From: an uncultured Planctomycetota bacterium
GTDB taxonomy: Bacteria; Planctomycetota; Planctomycetia; Gemmatales; Gemmataceae
DNA length: 64,000 nucleotides
Assembly (NCBI GenBank): GCA_963849325.1
Contig: CAWKHF010000009.1
Coordinates: forward strand, 320,001-384,000
Reading direction: 5' to 3'
In this document: in pieces, positions 38,401 to 49,232 of the stretch
Layout: each line of letters opens with the position of its first letter
Numbering within the stretch: position 1 is the first letter of the stretch
Program-made: the position numbers and the translations under genes
The notes under the pieces: generated by a model
What the model was told of the DNA's origin: nothing
Database searches by the model: none
What the model saw: only the letters and a program-made list of their open reading frames with translations

Positions 38401-39797
38401 GTACCGTGGGGAAGGGAAACGGTGACGGTAGTGCCCTGGCCGACGGTGCTGGCGACGGCGATGTGTCCGCCGTAGGCGTTGACGATGGCCTGGCAGATGC
38501 TCAGGCCCAGGCCGGTGCCGCCGGTGGGCTGGGCGCGCTGCCGCGACTTGTCGGCCCGGTAGAAACGCTCGAACACGTAGGGCAGGTCCTCCGCGGCGAT
38601 GCCGGCCCCCGTATCGCGGACGCACAACCGCACCGGCTCCGTGCGCGACGGGGCGCTGACCTCGATGGTCACGCGGCCGCCGGGCGGGGTGAACTTCAGT
38701 GCGTTGTCCATCAAATTATGGACTACCTCGCGCAGATGTACCTTATTGCCGCGCACCGCCACGGGGTCGGAGGCCTTGACGCACAGCTCCAGGCCACGCT
38801 GCTCGGCGATGCCCTGGAACATATCCACCGCCTGGCTGGCCAGCTGGTCCAGTCGCACCGGGCCGTCGGCGTGCAGCAGACCGGCGTCGCCCTCGGCCAG
38901 CAACAGCAGCTGGTTGATGAGAGTGGCCAGGGCGGCGCACTCCTCGACCAGGTCGGCGAGCAGGTCGCGGTACTCCGCCGGCGAACGATCGCGCTGCAAG
39001 GCGACCTCGACCGAGGTGCGCATGGCCGCCAGCGGCGAACGCAGCTCGTGGGCCGCGTTGGCGACGAAAGTACGCTGCTGCTCCAGGTGGGCGGCCAGGC
39101 GGTCGAGCATCCCGTTGATCGTCGCCGACAACTGATCCAGCTCGTCGCCGCTGCCTCGTAGCGGCAAACGCTCGCTCAGGTTGTCCGGGTGCAGGCGCGC
39201 GGTCATCTGCAAGATGGTGGCCAGCGGACTGGTGGCCCGACCCGCCAGCCAGTAGCCGCTCAAGGGAGCCAGCACCAGGATGAAGGCGAACGCCAGCAAG
39301 ATCATCTCGGTCAAACGCCAGATGTCGTCATCGACCGTGCTACGCTTGGCGCCGACGCGGAGGATCAGCTGGGGAGAGTGGCCAGTCGCCGGAATGGGCC
39401 GCTGCAGCAGACGATACTCGTCGCGGTTGTAGGGTCCGTGTTTGACGGCCTTGACCATCGGCATGTGCAGCTCGGGCGCGTCCTGGCTCGACCAGAGCAC
39501 CGAGCCGTTCGAGTCGAAGATGCGCACGTACCAGCCGCGATCGCGGTGGCTGAGCGCCTTGCGGTTCAACTCGTCCTTGATGAGATCCCATTTCGGGTGG
39601 AAGCGCTCGATGTTCAGGCGCACCTCTTCCACTTCCTCGGCCAGCAGCGTATCCATCTCGCCCAGCAGCGTCCAGCGCAGCCCTTCGCGCACGCCCCACA
39701 GGGCGGCGCTGACCAGGACGAGCAGGACGATCGTGTTCCAGAAGGTGAGTTGGAAGCGGAGGGTCCGAAAGAGGTGTTCAAGAGGCCCGAAGCGCAT
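38394..39797 (-). CDS. HAMP sensor histidine kinase
   Basis: AHELRSPL, NL.DNALKF, DTGAGI, FYR.D, GTGLGLSI. Confidence 0.93.
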   Translation of the reverse strand: MRFGPLEHLFRTLRFQLTFWNTIVLLVLVSAALWGVREGLRWTLLGEMDTLLAEEVEEVRLNIERFHPKWDLIKDELNRKALSHRDRGWYVRIFDSNGSVLWSSQDAPELHMPMVKAVKHGPYNRDEYRLLQRPIPATGHSPQLILRVGAKRSTVDDDIWRLTEMILLAFAFILVLAPLSGYWLAGRATSPLATILQMTARLHPDNLSERLPLRGSGDELDQLSATINGMLDRLAAHLEQQRTFVANAAHELRSPLAAMRTSVEVALQRDRSPAEYRDLLADLVEECAALATLINQLLLLAEGDAGLLHADGPVRLDQLASQAVDMFQGIAEQRGLELCVKASDPVAVRGNKVHLREVVHNLMDNALKFTPPGGRVTIEVSAPSRTEPVRLCVRDTGAGIAAEDLPYVFERFYRADKSRQRAQPTGGTGLGLSICQAIVNAYGGHIAVASTVGQGTTVTVSLPHGTE

Positions 39798-40449
39798 AAC
39801 CTCGCCCTCGCACGGTCTGGATGATCGAGGCGGAATCCTCGCGGTCGATCTTCTTGCGGATGCGGTTGATGTGGACCTCGATGACGTTGGTGGTGCCCTC
39901 CCAGTCCGTCTCCCACAGATGTTCGCACAGCATCTTGCGCGTGACCACCCGACCGGCGTGTCGCATCAACAACTCGAGGATGCTGAACTCGGTGGGCGTC
40001 AGGTCGATCTCCATGTCGCCCTTTTGGACGCGCCGCGTGGTCAGGTCGAGGTGGATGTCGCCGACCTCCATGACGACGGGCGGCCGATCGACCGTGCGTC
40101 GGCACACCGCTTCCAACCGCGCCATCAGTTCGGGAAAAGCGAACGGTTTGACCAGGTAGTCGTCGGCACCGGCCTTCAAGCCGGTGACGCGGTCCTCCAC
40201 CGCGCCGAGGGCGGTCAAGAGCAGGATCGGCGTCCGCACGCCGCCGCCGCGGACCTTCTTCAGCACCTCCAGGCCCGACATGCCCGGCAGCAGTAAATCC
40301 AGGAGGATCGCGTCGAAACGCTGGCTGAGGGCTTGTTCCACTCCATGTTTGCCATCCTTGACCCAGGCGCAGGCGTGCCCCGCTTCGCTCAGCCCCTTGT
40401 TCAACGATTTACCCATTACCGGATCGTCTTCCACCACAAGAACATTCAT
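39778..40449 (-). CDS. OmpR family response regulator
   Basis: VEDD, LD..LP, GADDYLVKPF, TVRGRGY. Confidence 0.95.
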   Translation of the reverse strand: MNVLVVEDDPVMGKSLNKGLSEAGHACAWVKDGKHGVEQALSQRFDAILLDLLLPGMSGLEVLKKVRGGGVRTPILLLTALGAVEDRVTGLKAGADDYLVKPFAFPELMARLEAVCRRTVDRPPVVMEVGDIHLDLTTRRVQKGDMEIDLTPTEFSILELLMRHAGRVVTRKMLCEHLWETDWEGTTNVIEVHINRIRKKIDREDSASIIQTVRGRGYALRAS

Positions 40450-40654
40450 CGCCTGGATACCTTGTTGTCTCCACTCGTCCGGTGGGAGAGACTAGCTCGT
40501 TGCGCCGAGGGATGCGGAACGAGGTTCCTTGCCGCGTTTCGTCCGTAGGGAAACCGCGAGTCATCCTTTCTCTATTCTATCCAGAGGGAACTCCGCGCGT
40601 CAAAGGAATCACCGCAATTGGACGATGAAACTTAGGGAGAAATGGCTGCCGGCT

Positions 40655-41725
40655 TCAGGCCGGTTTGACGTCCCCCGCCGTGGGAGTGCGCCGGGCGAGT
40701 TCCTGCGCGATGAACGTGTCCACGATCAGTTGACCGACATGGTAAAACACCATCGGTACCACGGCCAGCGGATGCGCCTCCTTGAAGTACGTCTCGAACA
40801 ACAGCAGGGCGACCGGCAGCGTCTTCTGGCTGCACGCGAAGGCGACGGCGATGCGGTCGGGACGGTCGAAGCGTAGCGCCTTGCTGCTGTACAAGCCCAC
40901 GAACAGGGCCGTCAGGTGCAGACCCAGGCACAGGCTGGCGGTCCCCAATAAGAGAGCGGGCGACGGCAACTCCGCCCGCGCCGTCAAGCGGCCCGCGACG
41001 TCGGTCGCCGCCTTGAGAATGATGCTGAAGATCAGCAGACGCGAGAGGATGCCCATCGCGGTCTTGCCGCGCGAAGCCAGCCGCGCCAGCGGCGGCGAGG
41101 TCCGGGCCAGTTGTCCCAGTCCCACCGGCACGACCAGGACGACGAGCAGTTCGCGCATCATGGCGGCGGTGTCCACGCCGACGGCGGCGCCGGTGGTCCA
41201 GCCCAGCCAGGCCGTCGTGACCAGCCAGCTCGTCGCCGTGGTCAGCAGAGTGACGAGCAGGGCCGTCGCTTCGCGGCCGCCGGCCATGCGCGTCCACAGC
41301 ACTGCCGAGGCCAGCGTACTGGGCACGCTCGCCGAGATGAGCAGACCGATACGGTAATCGGGTTCCGTCACGAGCGGGCCGGTCAGCCAGGCCAGGGCCG
41401 GCAGCGCGGCGTAACTGAGCAGCGCCGCCCACAGCGCCGGCAACGGGCGAAGCACGGCTCGCCCCAGGCTGCGGCTCTCCAGCCCCCAGGCCATCAGGAA
41501 CAGCGCTGCGCCGACCACGCCGCGCGGCGGCACCGGCGCCACCAGTGGACGCAGCCAGTCCGGCCGAACCGCCGCCAGCGTCACGCCCGTCACGAGGGCA
41601 AGGAGGAACCAGTGCCGTTGGAAAAAGGGAGGATTGAAGGTGGAGGATTGACGATTGGAAGACAGACGCTCGATCCCTTTTCGTCGCTCCGTTTCTTCCG
41701 AGTTGTTGCAGTCCTCACTCATCAA
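40655..41725 (-). CDS. bile acid:sodium symporter family protein
   Basis: PSTLASA..WT..AGG, SQKTLP, YH..QLI.D; true start may be further downstream. Confidence 0.85.
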   Translation of the reverse strand: MMSEDCNNSEETERRKGIERLSSNRQSSTFNPPFFQRHWFLLALVTGVTLAAVRPDWLRPLVAPVPPRGVVGAALFLMAWGLESRSLGRAVLRPLPALWAALLSYAALPALAWLTGPLVTEPDYRIGLLISASVPSTLASAVLWTRMAGGREATALLVTLLTTATSWLVTTAWLGWTTGAAVGVDTAAMMRELLVVLVVPVGLGQLARTSPPLARLASRGKTAMGILSRLLIFSIILKAATDVAGRLTARAELPSPALLLGTASLCLGLHLTALFVGLYSSKALRFDRPDRIAVAFACSQKTLPVALLLFETYFKEAHPLAVVPMVFYHVGQLIVDTFIAQELARRTPTAGDVKPA

Positions 41726-43700
41726 TCATCATTTTTTCCAACTGCCGCGCCTCGTAGAGCGAAGCCAGTTTTTCGAGGGGAGTCATGGTCCCGGATAGAT
41801 CTTTCCACGAGGCGATGGCGGCCTTCTTGTCGCCGAGCATGGCCTCGGCTCGGCCGCGCATCCGCCGGGCGGCGGCGCAGTCGCCGCGGTTGGGATAGTC
41901 CTCGATGTATTGCTTCCACGTATTCCGCGCGTCCTGCCAGGCTTGCTTCGCTCTCTCGACGTCGGAGGGATGCGGTTTGCCGTCGGGCATCCGGGTCTGC
42001 AAATCGACGCGCGCTTGCAGCTGCTCGGCCTGCTCCTGCATGCACAGGCCGAGCAGGTACGTCACCTGGGGGGCGCGTGCGGCGGCCATGGCACTGTTGA
42101 GCAGGACATAAATCGGTTCGGCGCGCCGCGGCTGCCACAGGGCTGTCACTTCCTGCTCGGCCGCCTCGCGCTCGCCGGGCGTTTTGGCCCGGATCTGGGT
42201 TAAGTAAGTGCGGAAGGCTTGCTCACTCCACTCGTTGGCTCGTCGCTCGACCTCGACGGCGTTGGCCCGTCGCTTCTGCTGATCGTGCCAGTGATCGCGT
42301 TCGCGCACCAGTTCCGGCACCGCCTTGCTATAGCGGCCGCGTAGTAGTAAGTCGCGCGCCTTGCCCGGCTCCAGCGCGGAGGTGAGGAACGGCGTGGCAA
42401 AGATCGCTCGCACGCGCTGACCCAGGCCGATGTTCGGCGGGAAGCGTTCCCGGTCCTGGAACGGAGGCGGCAGCGCCGCCCACGGCACCAACTCGAAGCT
42501 GAAAATCTCCATGCGCGACAGCGCGCGGGGCTGCCCGGCTGAAGCGGTTCGCCCTCATCGACGCCGCCCTCCTCCCGCGACAGGAAACGCCGCAGTAGGC
42601 CGACGCTGGGCTTCCACAATGCCACCGGAGTCGGCTTGTCGCCGCAGGCCGCCTTGAGACGCTCCAGATCCTTCGCCGGGTCCGCGGACAGACGGACGCG
42701 CACCACCGGCGCCAGCAATTGTTCCTGCAAGAAACGCATGCGCGGAGACAGGCTCGACAGCGGACAGACTCGCAGCACGTGGGCCGCCCGCGCCTGTTCG
42801 GCCGTCACGTCGTAGCGCCTCCTTGTCGCCGACGTTGAGTTGGGCGAGGATCTCGGGCTGCTTGCGGACCTCGGCCAGCGTGGCGATACCTTGGCCCTTC
42901 GAGCCCGGCAGCGGCAGACCGAGGCGCGGATCGAAGAGATACACGTCCTTGTCATCGTCTGTCACGACGCCGCACGCCCAGAAGTTCATGCTACCCGATT
43001 CGTTGGGAATGTAGAGCAGACAGCCGAGCAGTGCAGGGCGGGAGATATCCGGGTCGCCGAATTGTTCGAGCACGGCCAGGAAGACGAGAGCGCGCTCCAA
43101 GGCACTGCCCCAGCCGCGCCGCAGCGCGAAGGCCGGCGGCACCGGCTCGCCGCCGTGCTCTCCTAGCTGAATCTCGCGCACCACCCAGGCGAACGCTCGC
43201 GCGGCCCAGCCCAGCGGCGCTTCCGCCGCGCCTGCGCCGCGGACGCCCTTCACCTCCAGGCCAGCGGCCGCATCGCGCATCAGGAGGCAGCGGTCCAGAT
43301 GATGGCCATCCAACCGCGTGTAATCGCTGCCGTCGATCTCGGCCAGCGCGCCGCGGTCCAGCCCAGCTTGCTCGCGGAGCCAGGCTCGCTGCTCCGCCTT
43401 CAGCAGCGGAGCGCGGCGCTCGGGCTTCTCCCTCAGCTCCGCATTGATCTGCTGCAAGGCGCTGCGACAGGAGTTCAGGTCGGCCTGACGGACCAGACTC
43501 TGACGGGCCGGCTCCAGGCCGCTCTCCTCGACACGAACGGGACCGCCGCCGCTGTTGATCGTCGGCGCCGAGGAGCCGCGCAGCAGCAAGAAGAAGCCCA
43601 CGATCGCTAACAGGATGCCACCGGAGACCGCGACAACAATCCAACGCCGTGCGAAGAGGCGTTCCCAGGGTCCGAGCGCCGAAGGGTAGTCATCGCGCAT
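41715..43700 (-). CDS. membrane-anchored hypothetical protein with C-terminal TPR-like region (frameshifts near 42820 and 42520)
   Basis: three consecutive overlapping ORFs, N-terminal TM, YLFDPRLGLP. Confidence 0.6.
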
Positions 43701-43724
43701 GAAAGCTGCTCCCGGTTGCGTATC

Positions 43725-44569
43725 TCAAGCCGTCGCCGGCGCGGGCACATCGAGGGCTTGTCGCAGGCGCAAACAGCACTCGATCAGGGTGGGCAGGTCG
43801 GCCAGCGCGATCATGTTGGGTCCATCGCTGAGCGCCTGGTCCGGCGCGGGTGCGTCTCCAGGAAGAGTCCGTCACACCCCGACGCCACGGCCGCCCGCGC
43901 CAGGTACGGCACCATGCGGCGATCGCCGCCGCTCTTGTCGCCCGCGCCGCCTGGCATCTGTACGCTGTGAGTGGCATCAAAGATCACGGGATAGCCCAGG
44001 TCTTGCATCCACGGAATGCAGCGCATGTCGCTGACCAGAGTGTTGTAACCGAACGTGGCCCCGCGCTCGGTCAGCAGCAGACGGCGATTGCCCACTTCCT
44101 CCATCTTGCCGACGACGTGCCGCATGTCCCAGGGCGCCATGAATTGCCCTTTCTTGACGTTCACCACCCTTCCGGTTCGCCCCGCCGTCTGCACGAGGTC
44201 CGTCTGTCGGGCCAGGAAGGCCGGGATTTGCAGGACGTCGCAGACCTCGGCCACCGGCCCGACCTGGTGTACTTCGTGGATGTCGGTCAACAGCGGCAGG
44301 CCGGTGCGTTCCTTGACGGCGGCCAACGTCTTCAATCCCTCGCGCAGTCCCGGCCCGCGGAACGACTTGCCGGAGGTGCGGTTGGCCTTGTCGAACGATG
44401 CCTTGAACACCACCGCAATCTGCAAGCGGCCGGCCAATTCGGCCAGCGCGTCGGCGATACGCAGCGTCAGTTCGTGCGATTCGATCACGCACGGCCCGAG
44501 CACCCACAACAGCGGCCGGCCCGAACCGCAGACCGCATCGCCGATCGGCACGGATCGCATCGTGTTCAT
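43725..44569 (-). CDS. kdsA: 3-deoxy-8-phosphooctulonate synthase (frameshift near 43845)
   Basis: [40 protein letters not shown]. Confidence 0.95.
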
Positions 44570-44597
44570 GGACTCGCCCTCCCTGGTCAAAGAACTT

Positions 44598-44664
44598 CGT
44601 TTAGCCGCGACGCGCAGCGGAGCGCGAGGCTTTCTCGCGCTCCGCTGCGCGTCGCGGCTAAACG
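44598..44664. repeat. REP-like palindrome (GTTTAGCCGCG family)
   Basis: same arms as 285-349. Confidence 0.9.
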
Positions 44665-44680
44665 GGGAACTTCGTCTGGT

Positions 44681-45040
44681 CTACGTCTTCAACTCCACCG
44701 GCAACTGATCGATCTTGGCGGCCAGGATGAAATCGTTCTCCGTCAAGCCGCCGACGGCATGCGTGGACAGTTCGATGGCGACGTTGCGGTAGCCGGTCAG
44801 GTGCAGGTCGGGGTGATGGTCCTCCGCCTCGGCAACTTGGCCGACCCGCGCGAAGAAGTCAAGAGCGGTCGGGAAGTCCTTGACGCGCCATTCGCGGCGA
44901 ATGCAGTGGCCCTCGTCGCCGGCTCGCCACTGCGGCACGGCGCGCAGGTGCTCGCGCACCTGCTCCGCGTTCAGGGCCGGCACGCCGCCCTCGCACGGCC
45001 GGCAGCGCTTGTGCGTCAATTCCGTCGCGGTGATCGTCAT
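44681..45040 (-). CDS. phhB: pterin-4-alpha-carbinolamine dehydratase
   Basis: C.PCEGG, AE.EDHHPD, THAVGGLTENDFILAAKID. Confidence 0.9.
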   Translation of the reverse strand: MTITATELTHKRCRPCEGGVPALNAEQVREHLRAVPQWRAGDEGHCIRREWRVKDFPTALDFFARVGQVAEAEDHHPDLHLTGYRNVAIELSTHAVGGLTENDFILAAKIDQLPVELKT

Positions 45041-45287
45041 GGCTGGATTCCTCGTGCTTGGGTGCGTGGGCGATACCGTCATTTTAGAGAATCCCTCGCG
45101 CCGCGCCCTCTCGGTCGATTCTTTCGGCATAACCGGAAAGGACGCGAACCTCGCTCCGTTTGCGTCCCTCTAGTAAAGCACAGTCGGCGTCGGACTCGTT
45201 TGCGGAAGCCTGCGGCTCATCCTGACAACTCCCTGGCCTCGATGACTTATCCGGTCAGGGTTCCTCAACTACTCGATGGGAGGATCC

Positions 45288-45725
45288 ATGATTTTCCTGT
45301 ACACGGCTTTGCTGTTCCTGGTCGGGGTGGCCCATTTCCTGAGCAAGCGTCGGGTCGCCGCCCTGGAGAAGAAATACTCCAAGGTCGTCAAGGACGCGGA
45401 CGATCTGCTGCGCCAGTCCAACTACCGCGACGGCAACAGCAATCGCCAGGACCCGTATCAGAGCGCCAAGCGTCAGTACCAGCTCGCCATGCTGGCCCAG
45501 AAGCGCGACCGCATGGAAACGCGCTACAGCACCTGGCACCAGCGCGCCGAACGGCTCAGCAAGTTGCGCCATCGTCTGCGTGCCTGGAAGGGACGCAAGC
45601 TGCCCTACACGTTCGGCGCCCTGGACGTGGCCGGCACACTCGGCCTGATTGACTACTTCGGCGCCGGGCAGTACCTCAACGCCCGCCAACTGGTGGAGAC
45701 CGTCATGTCTCTGTTTTCGCGGTAA
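45288..45725 (+). CDS. hypothetical membrane protein
   Basis: GGAGG RBS, N-terminal TM, coiled coil. Confidence 0.7.
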   Translation: MIFLYTALLFLVGVAHFLSKRRVAALEKKYSKVVKDADDLLRQSNYRDGNSNRQDPYQSAKRQYQLAMLAQKRDRMETRYSTWHQRAERLSKLRHRLRAWKGRKLPYTFGALDVAGTLGLIDYFGAGQYLNARQLVETVMSLFSR

Positions 45726-45747
45726 CGAGACGCTGGCGAAGTTCTGA

Positions 45748-45860
45748 GAGTCTGTCCCCTAAGGGTTGTGGCGGCACGTTTTCAACGTGCCGATCTGCTG
45801 GATTCTCCGGCCCTCCAGCACGTTGGAAACGTGCCGCCACAACCCGTAGGGAACAGACTC
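45748..45860. mobile_element. 113-bp MITE-like element
   Basis: 43-bp TIRs with 3 mismatches starting GAGTCTGT; TGA direct repeat on both sides. Confidence 0.7.
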
Positions 45861-45931
45861 TGAGTTCGGAGTTCGGAGTTCGGAGTTCTGAGTGGATGGG
45901 ACTCAGAACCCAGAACTCCGAACTCCGAACT
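45861..45931. repeat. heptamer array (GAGTTCG)n and its inverted copy
   Basis: directly visible. Confidence 0.8.
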
Positions 45932-46037
45932 TGGAATCGCTACTCTCTCCGTCTTCTGAAGGCCGAAGGAAAGGGAAGTCCGTCCGAATCGCGCCGGAGG
46001 CGCGGCGACAGGTCGTAGACCCTCGGGAGGGACCCCC

Positions 46038-47126
46038 GTGAGACATGCAGGCTGGCTGACGGTTGTTTGGCTGGCGCTGGTCCCGTGGTCGTCGGCCTCG
46101 GCGAACCCGGTGCGGCGGTTCTTCCAATTCGATCGCGTCAACGCCCAGATCGCCGGCCGCGTCCTCGATTACACGCGCAACCACGGCGCCGATCGCCGCT
46201 TCTGGTCGCCGGCCTTGCAGCACAAGCGCGACCTGTACGTATATCTGCCGCCCGGCTTCGATCCGTGCCGGCAGTATCCACTCCTCATGTGGCTGCACGG
46301 TCTCGCCGAGGACGAATTCATCTTCCTGCGCGATGTGGTCGTGTGGCTGGACGGGGCCATCCGTACCGGCCGACTGCCGCCGGTCATCATCGCCGCCCCG
46401 GACGGCAGCGTCAACGGCATCGATTGCTGTCTCAGCCCCGGCAGTTTCTACCTCAACAGCGAGGCCGGCCGCTTTGAAGACTACTTGATGGTCGATGTGT
46501 GGAATTTCCTGATGAGCCGCTTCCCTATTCGGCCGGAGCCGGAGGCGCACATCATTCTCGGCGTGTCGATGGGAGGCGGAGCGGCGTTCAACAAGGCCAT
46601 CAAGTTCCCCCGCTATTTCCGCAACGCCGTCGCTTTGTTTCCACCGTTGAACCTGCGCTGGCTGGATTGTCACGGCCGTTACCAGGGCAACTTCGATCCC
46701 GAGTGCTGGGGCTGGCGCAGCGACTTTCGGCACCGCCGCGAGGTCATGGCCCGCTTCTACGGCATCCCCATCCGATTGGGCGCCATCATCAACCCCCTGT
46801 ACAGCCGTCGTAACCCCGAGACGCTGCCGGCCATCATCCGCAACAACCCCATCGAAATGCTCGACCTTTACGACGTGCAGCCGGGCCAGCTGGAAATGTA
46901 CGTCGCTTACGGCGGCAAGGACCAGTTCAACATCGATGCCCAGGTCGAGAGCTTCCTGTATGTCGCACGCCAACGCGGCCTGGATGTCGGCGTCGGCTAC
47001 GAACCGGAAGGCAAGCACGACCGGCCCACGGCGGAGAAACTCCTGGGCGGTATCATTGAGTGGATGGCCCCTCGCCTGGCCCCTTTCGCGCCGGACGCCT
47101 GCCCCCTCCTCGTCCCCGGTCCCTGA
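46038..47126 (+). CDS. secreted esterase (alpha/beta hydrolase)
   Basis: VYLPPG, YP....LHG, GVSMGG, GKHD. Confidence 0.85.
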   Translation: MRHAGWLTVVWLALVPWSSASANPVRRFFQFDRVNAQIAGRVLDYTRNHGADRRFWSPALQHKRDLYVYLPPGFDPCRQYPLLMWLHGLAEDEFIFLRDVVVWLDGAIRTGRLPPVIIAAPDGSVNGIDCCLSPGSFYLNSEAGRFEDYLMVDVWNFLMSRFPIRPEPEAHIILGVSMGGGAAFNKAIKFPRYFRNAVALFPPLNLRWLDCHGRYQGNFDPECWGWRSDFRHRREVMARFYGIPIRLGAIINPLYSRRNPETLPAIIRNNPIEMLDLYDVQPGQLEMYVAYGGKDQFNIDAQVESFLYVARQRGLDVGVGYEPEGKHDRPTAEKLLGGIIEWMAPRLAPFAPDACPLLVPGP

Positions 47127-47388
47127 CACCGCGATGAGACGGCCTACAATCCCTGACTTACCCGCGTGCCGGAGTCGCACGCCGGTACGCGCCATCGGGG
47201 TAGTTTGAGCGTTTTTCCTGTCCGCGCGGCGCCGAAAACTTGGTCTCCATTTGCGGGGCGGCTTTTGGTAGAGTCCCGGGGCTTCAGATGCCGGGCAGTA
47301 CCAGCCGTGGGTTCCGGGGGCTTCCGGGGACAAGGACGTCCCGGTGACGGCGCCTCGGCTCGGGGAGGGTCCGGAGGAGGAGACGGGC

Positions 47389-49168
47389 GTGGCCTCGCGA
47401 TGGCGGATTCGCCACAAGCTGATGCTCGGACTGGGCCTGGTCGTGGCGACCATGGTCCTGCTGCTGGGCGGCACCGTCCGCGGATTGTGGTCGTACTACC
47501 TCGACATGAATAGTCTTCGCGTCAAAACCTCGCAGCTGCGCCTGGCCGAGGACTTCAAGGCCGCCGTCAGCGACATCACCCGCCTGGCCGAGCGCCCGCC
47601 CACGTCGGGAGAAGAATCGCTCGAACCCGGACAGCCGGAGGCGACGAAAGGGTCCGCCGGCGAACTCCTGCTGCCTCCCTTGCCAGGGGAAGGAGGAGAA
47701 GAGCCACGACCGCGACGGTTGCACGCCGCCAACCTTCGGGACGCCATCACCGAAGCGAACAAAAGGCTCGATGCCTACGAAACGGCCCTGCAAGACGCCG
47801 CGCAGCACGATTCCCCTTCGCCCAGCAGCCGGGTGGCTTTCGCCCTCATCGGCAAACTGCGCGAGTCGTTCCAGGCGCTCGACCAGGCGCTGGATCAACG
47901 AGAGTTGCCCCGGCAGATCCAGGTTTTCATGGTCCCCGGTCAGGGCGACGGCAACATCGAACGAGAGGAGCGCCGCCAGCGGGCCGAAAAGATGGCGGGC
48001 ATCGAGCGCGACGCCGACGACCTGTGCGACTACATCCACCAGGACATGCACCTGCGCATCGACCGTTCGCGCCGCAATTACCAGACGACGGCGTGGATCG
48101 CCGGCCTGGCGAGCATTGTCGGTCTCTTTTTGGTGTGCGGCCTGTTCGGTTCCTTCTACGCCTGGGTGTTCTACCCCATCCGCGACCTGGAGGCCGGCGT
48201 CGGCCGGGTCGCCAAGGGCGACTTCGCGCACCGCATCGAGGTCCATAGCGGCGACGAGATGGAAGACCTCGGCGACGCCTTCAACGACATGATGCAGCGC
48301 TTGCAAGACCTGTACAGCGACCTGGCCCGACAGGTCAACGAGCGCAGCCGGCAGCTGGTCCGCTCGGAGCGTTTGGCCAGCGTCGGCTTTTTGGCCGCCG
48401 GGCGTGGCCCACGAGATCAACAATCCGCTGGCCAGCATCGCCTTTTGCAGCGAGGCGCTGGAAGCGCGCCTCCACGACCTTCTCGGCCAACTGCGAGCGT
48501 CCGGCTGGCTCGACGAGGAGCAGGAGGTCTTCAGCAAGTATCTGAAGATGATCCAGGAGGAGGCGTTTCGCTGCAAGAACATCACCGAGCGTCTGCTGGC
48601 GTTCAGCCGGCCCGGCGAGCGTCGCCGCGAGAAGACCGACCTGCGCGAGTTGGTGCAGCTGGTGCTCGACGTGACGCAGCATTTGCCCAACCATCGCGGC
48701 AAGGAGATCCAGTTCGAGATGAGCGCCGACCGTTTGGCCGGCGCGGCGATCGCGGCCTGGGTCAACAGCGAGGAGATCAAGTCGGTGGTGCTGAACCTGG
48801 TGGTCAACGCCCTGGACAGCATGGACGAGGGCGGCCGGCTGACGATCCGCCTGAGCCAGCGCGGCGACATGGCGGAACTGCAGTTCAGCGACAGCGGCTG
48901 CGGCATGACGCCGGAAGTGCTGGAGAACATCTTCGAGCCGTTCTACACGCGCAGCCGCACCGGCAAGGGCACCGGCCTGGGACTGACGATCAGCCATCGC
49001 ATCATCACGCAGCACGGCGGCGAGATCGAGGCGACCAGTCCCGGACCCAACCAGGGCAGCACGTTCATCGTGCGCCTGCCCATGCAAGCCCCCGAGGAAT
49101 CGCCGGCCCCTACTGCCCGGACCCGGCGCGACGCTCGGCAGGACGCGGACACGCCGCTGGCGGCTTGA
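47389..49168 (+). CDS. HAMP sensor histidine kinase, NtrB-like (frameshift near 48400)
   Basis: AHEINNPL, NL..NA, DSGCGM, GTGLGL. Confidence 0.9.
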
Positions 49169-49232
49169 CGCGTCCACGGCCCCGCTAAGCCGCCAGCGGC
49201 TTCGACTGGATTCTCAATACGGAACGGAAGCC

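Noticed and set aside
43850-45652. 600-aa plus-strand ORF and similar long ORFs (e.g. 32042-32992, 45903-47474, 60009-61166)
   Set aside because: Antisense or off-frame shadows of real genes, as expected at high GC
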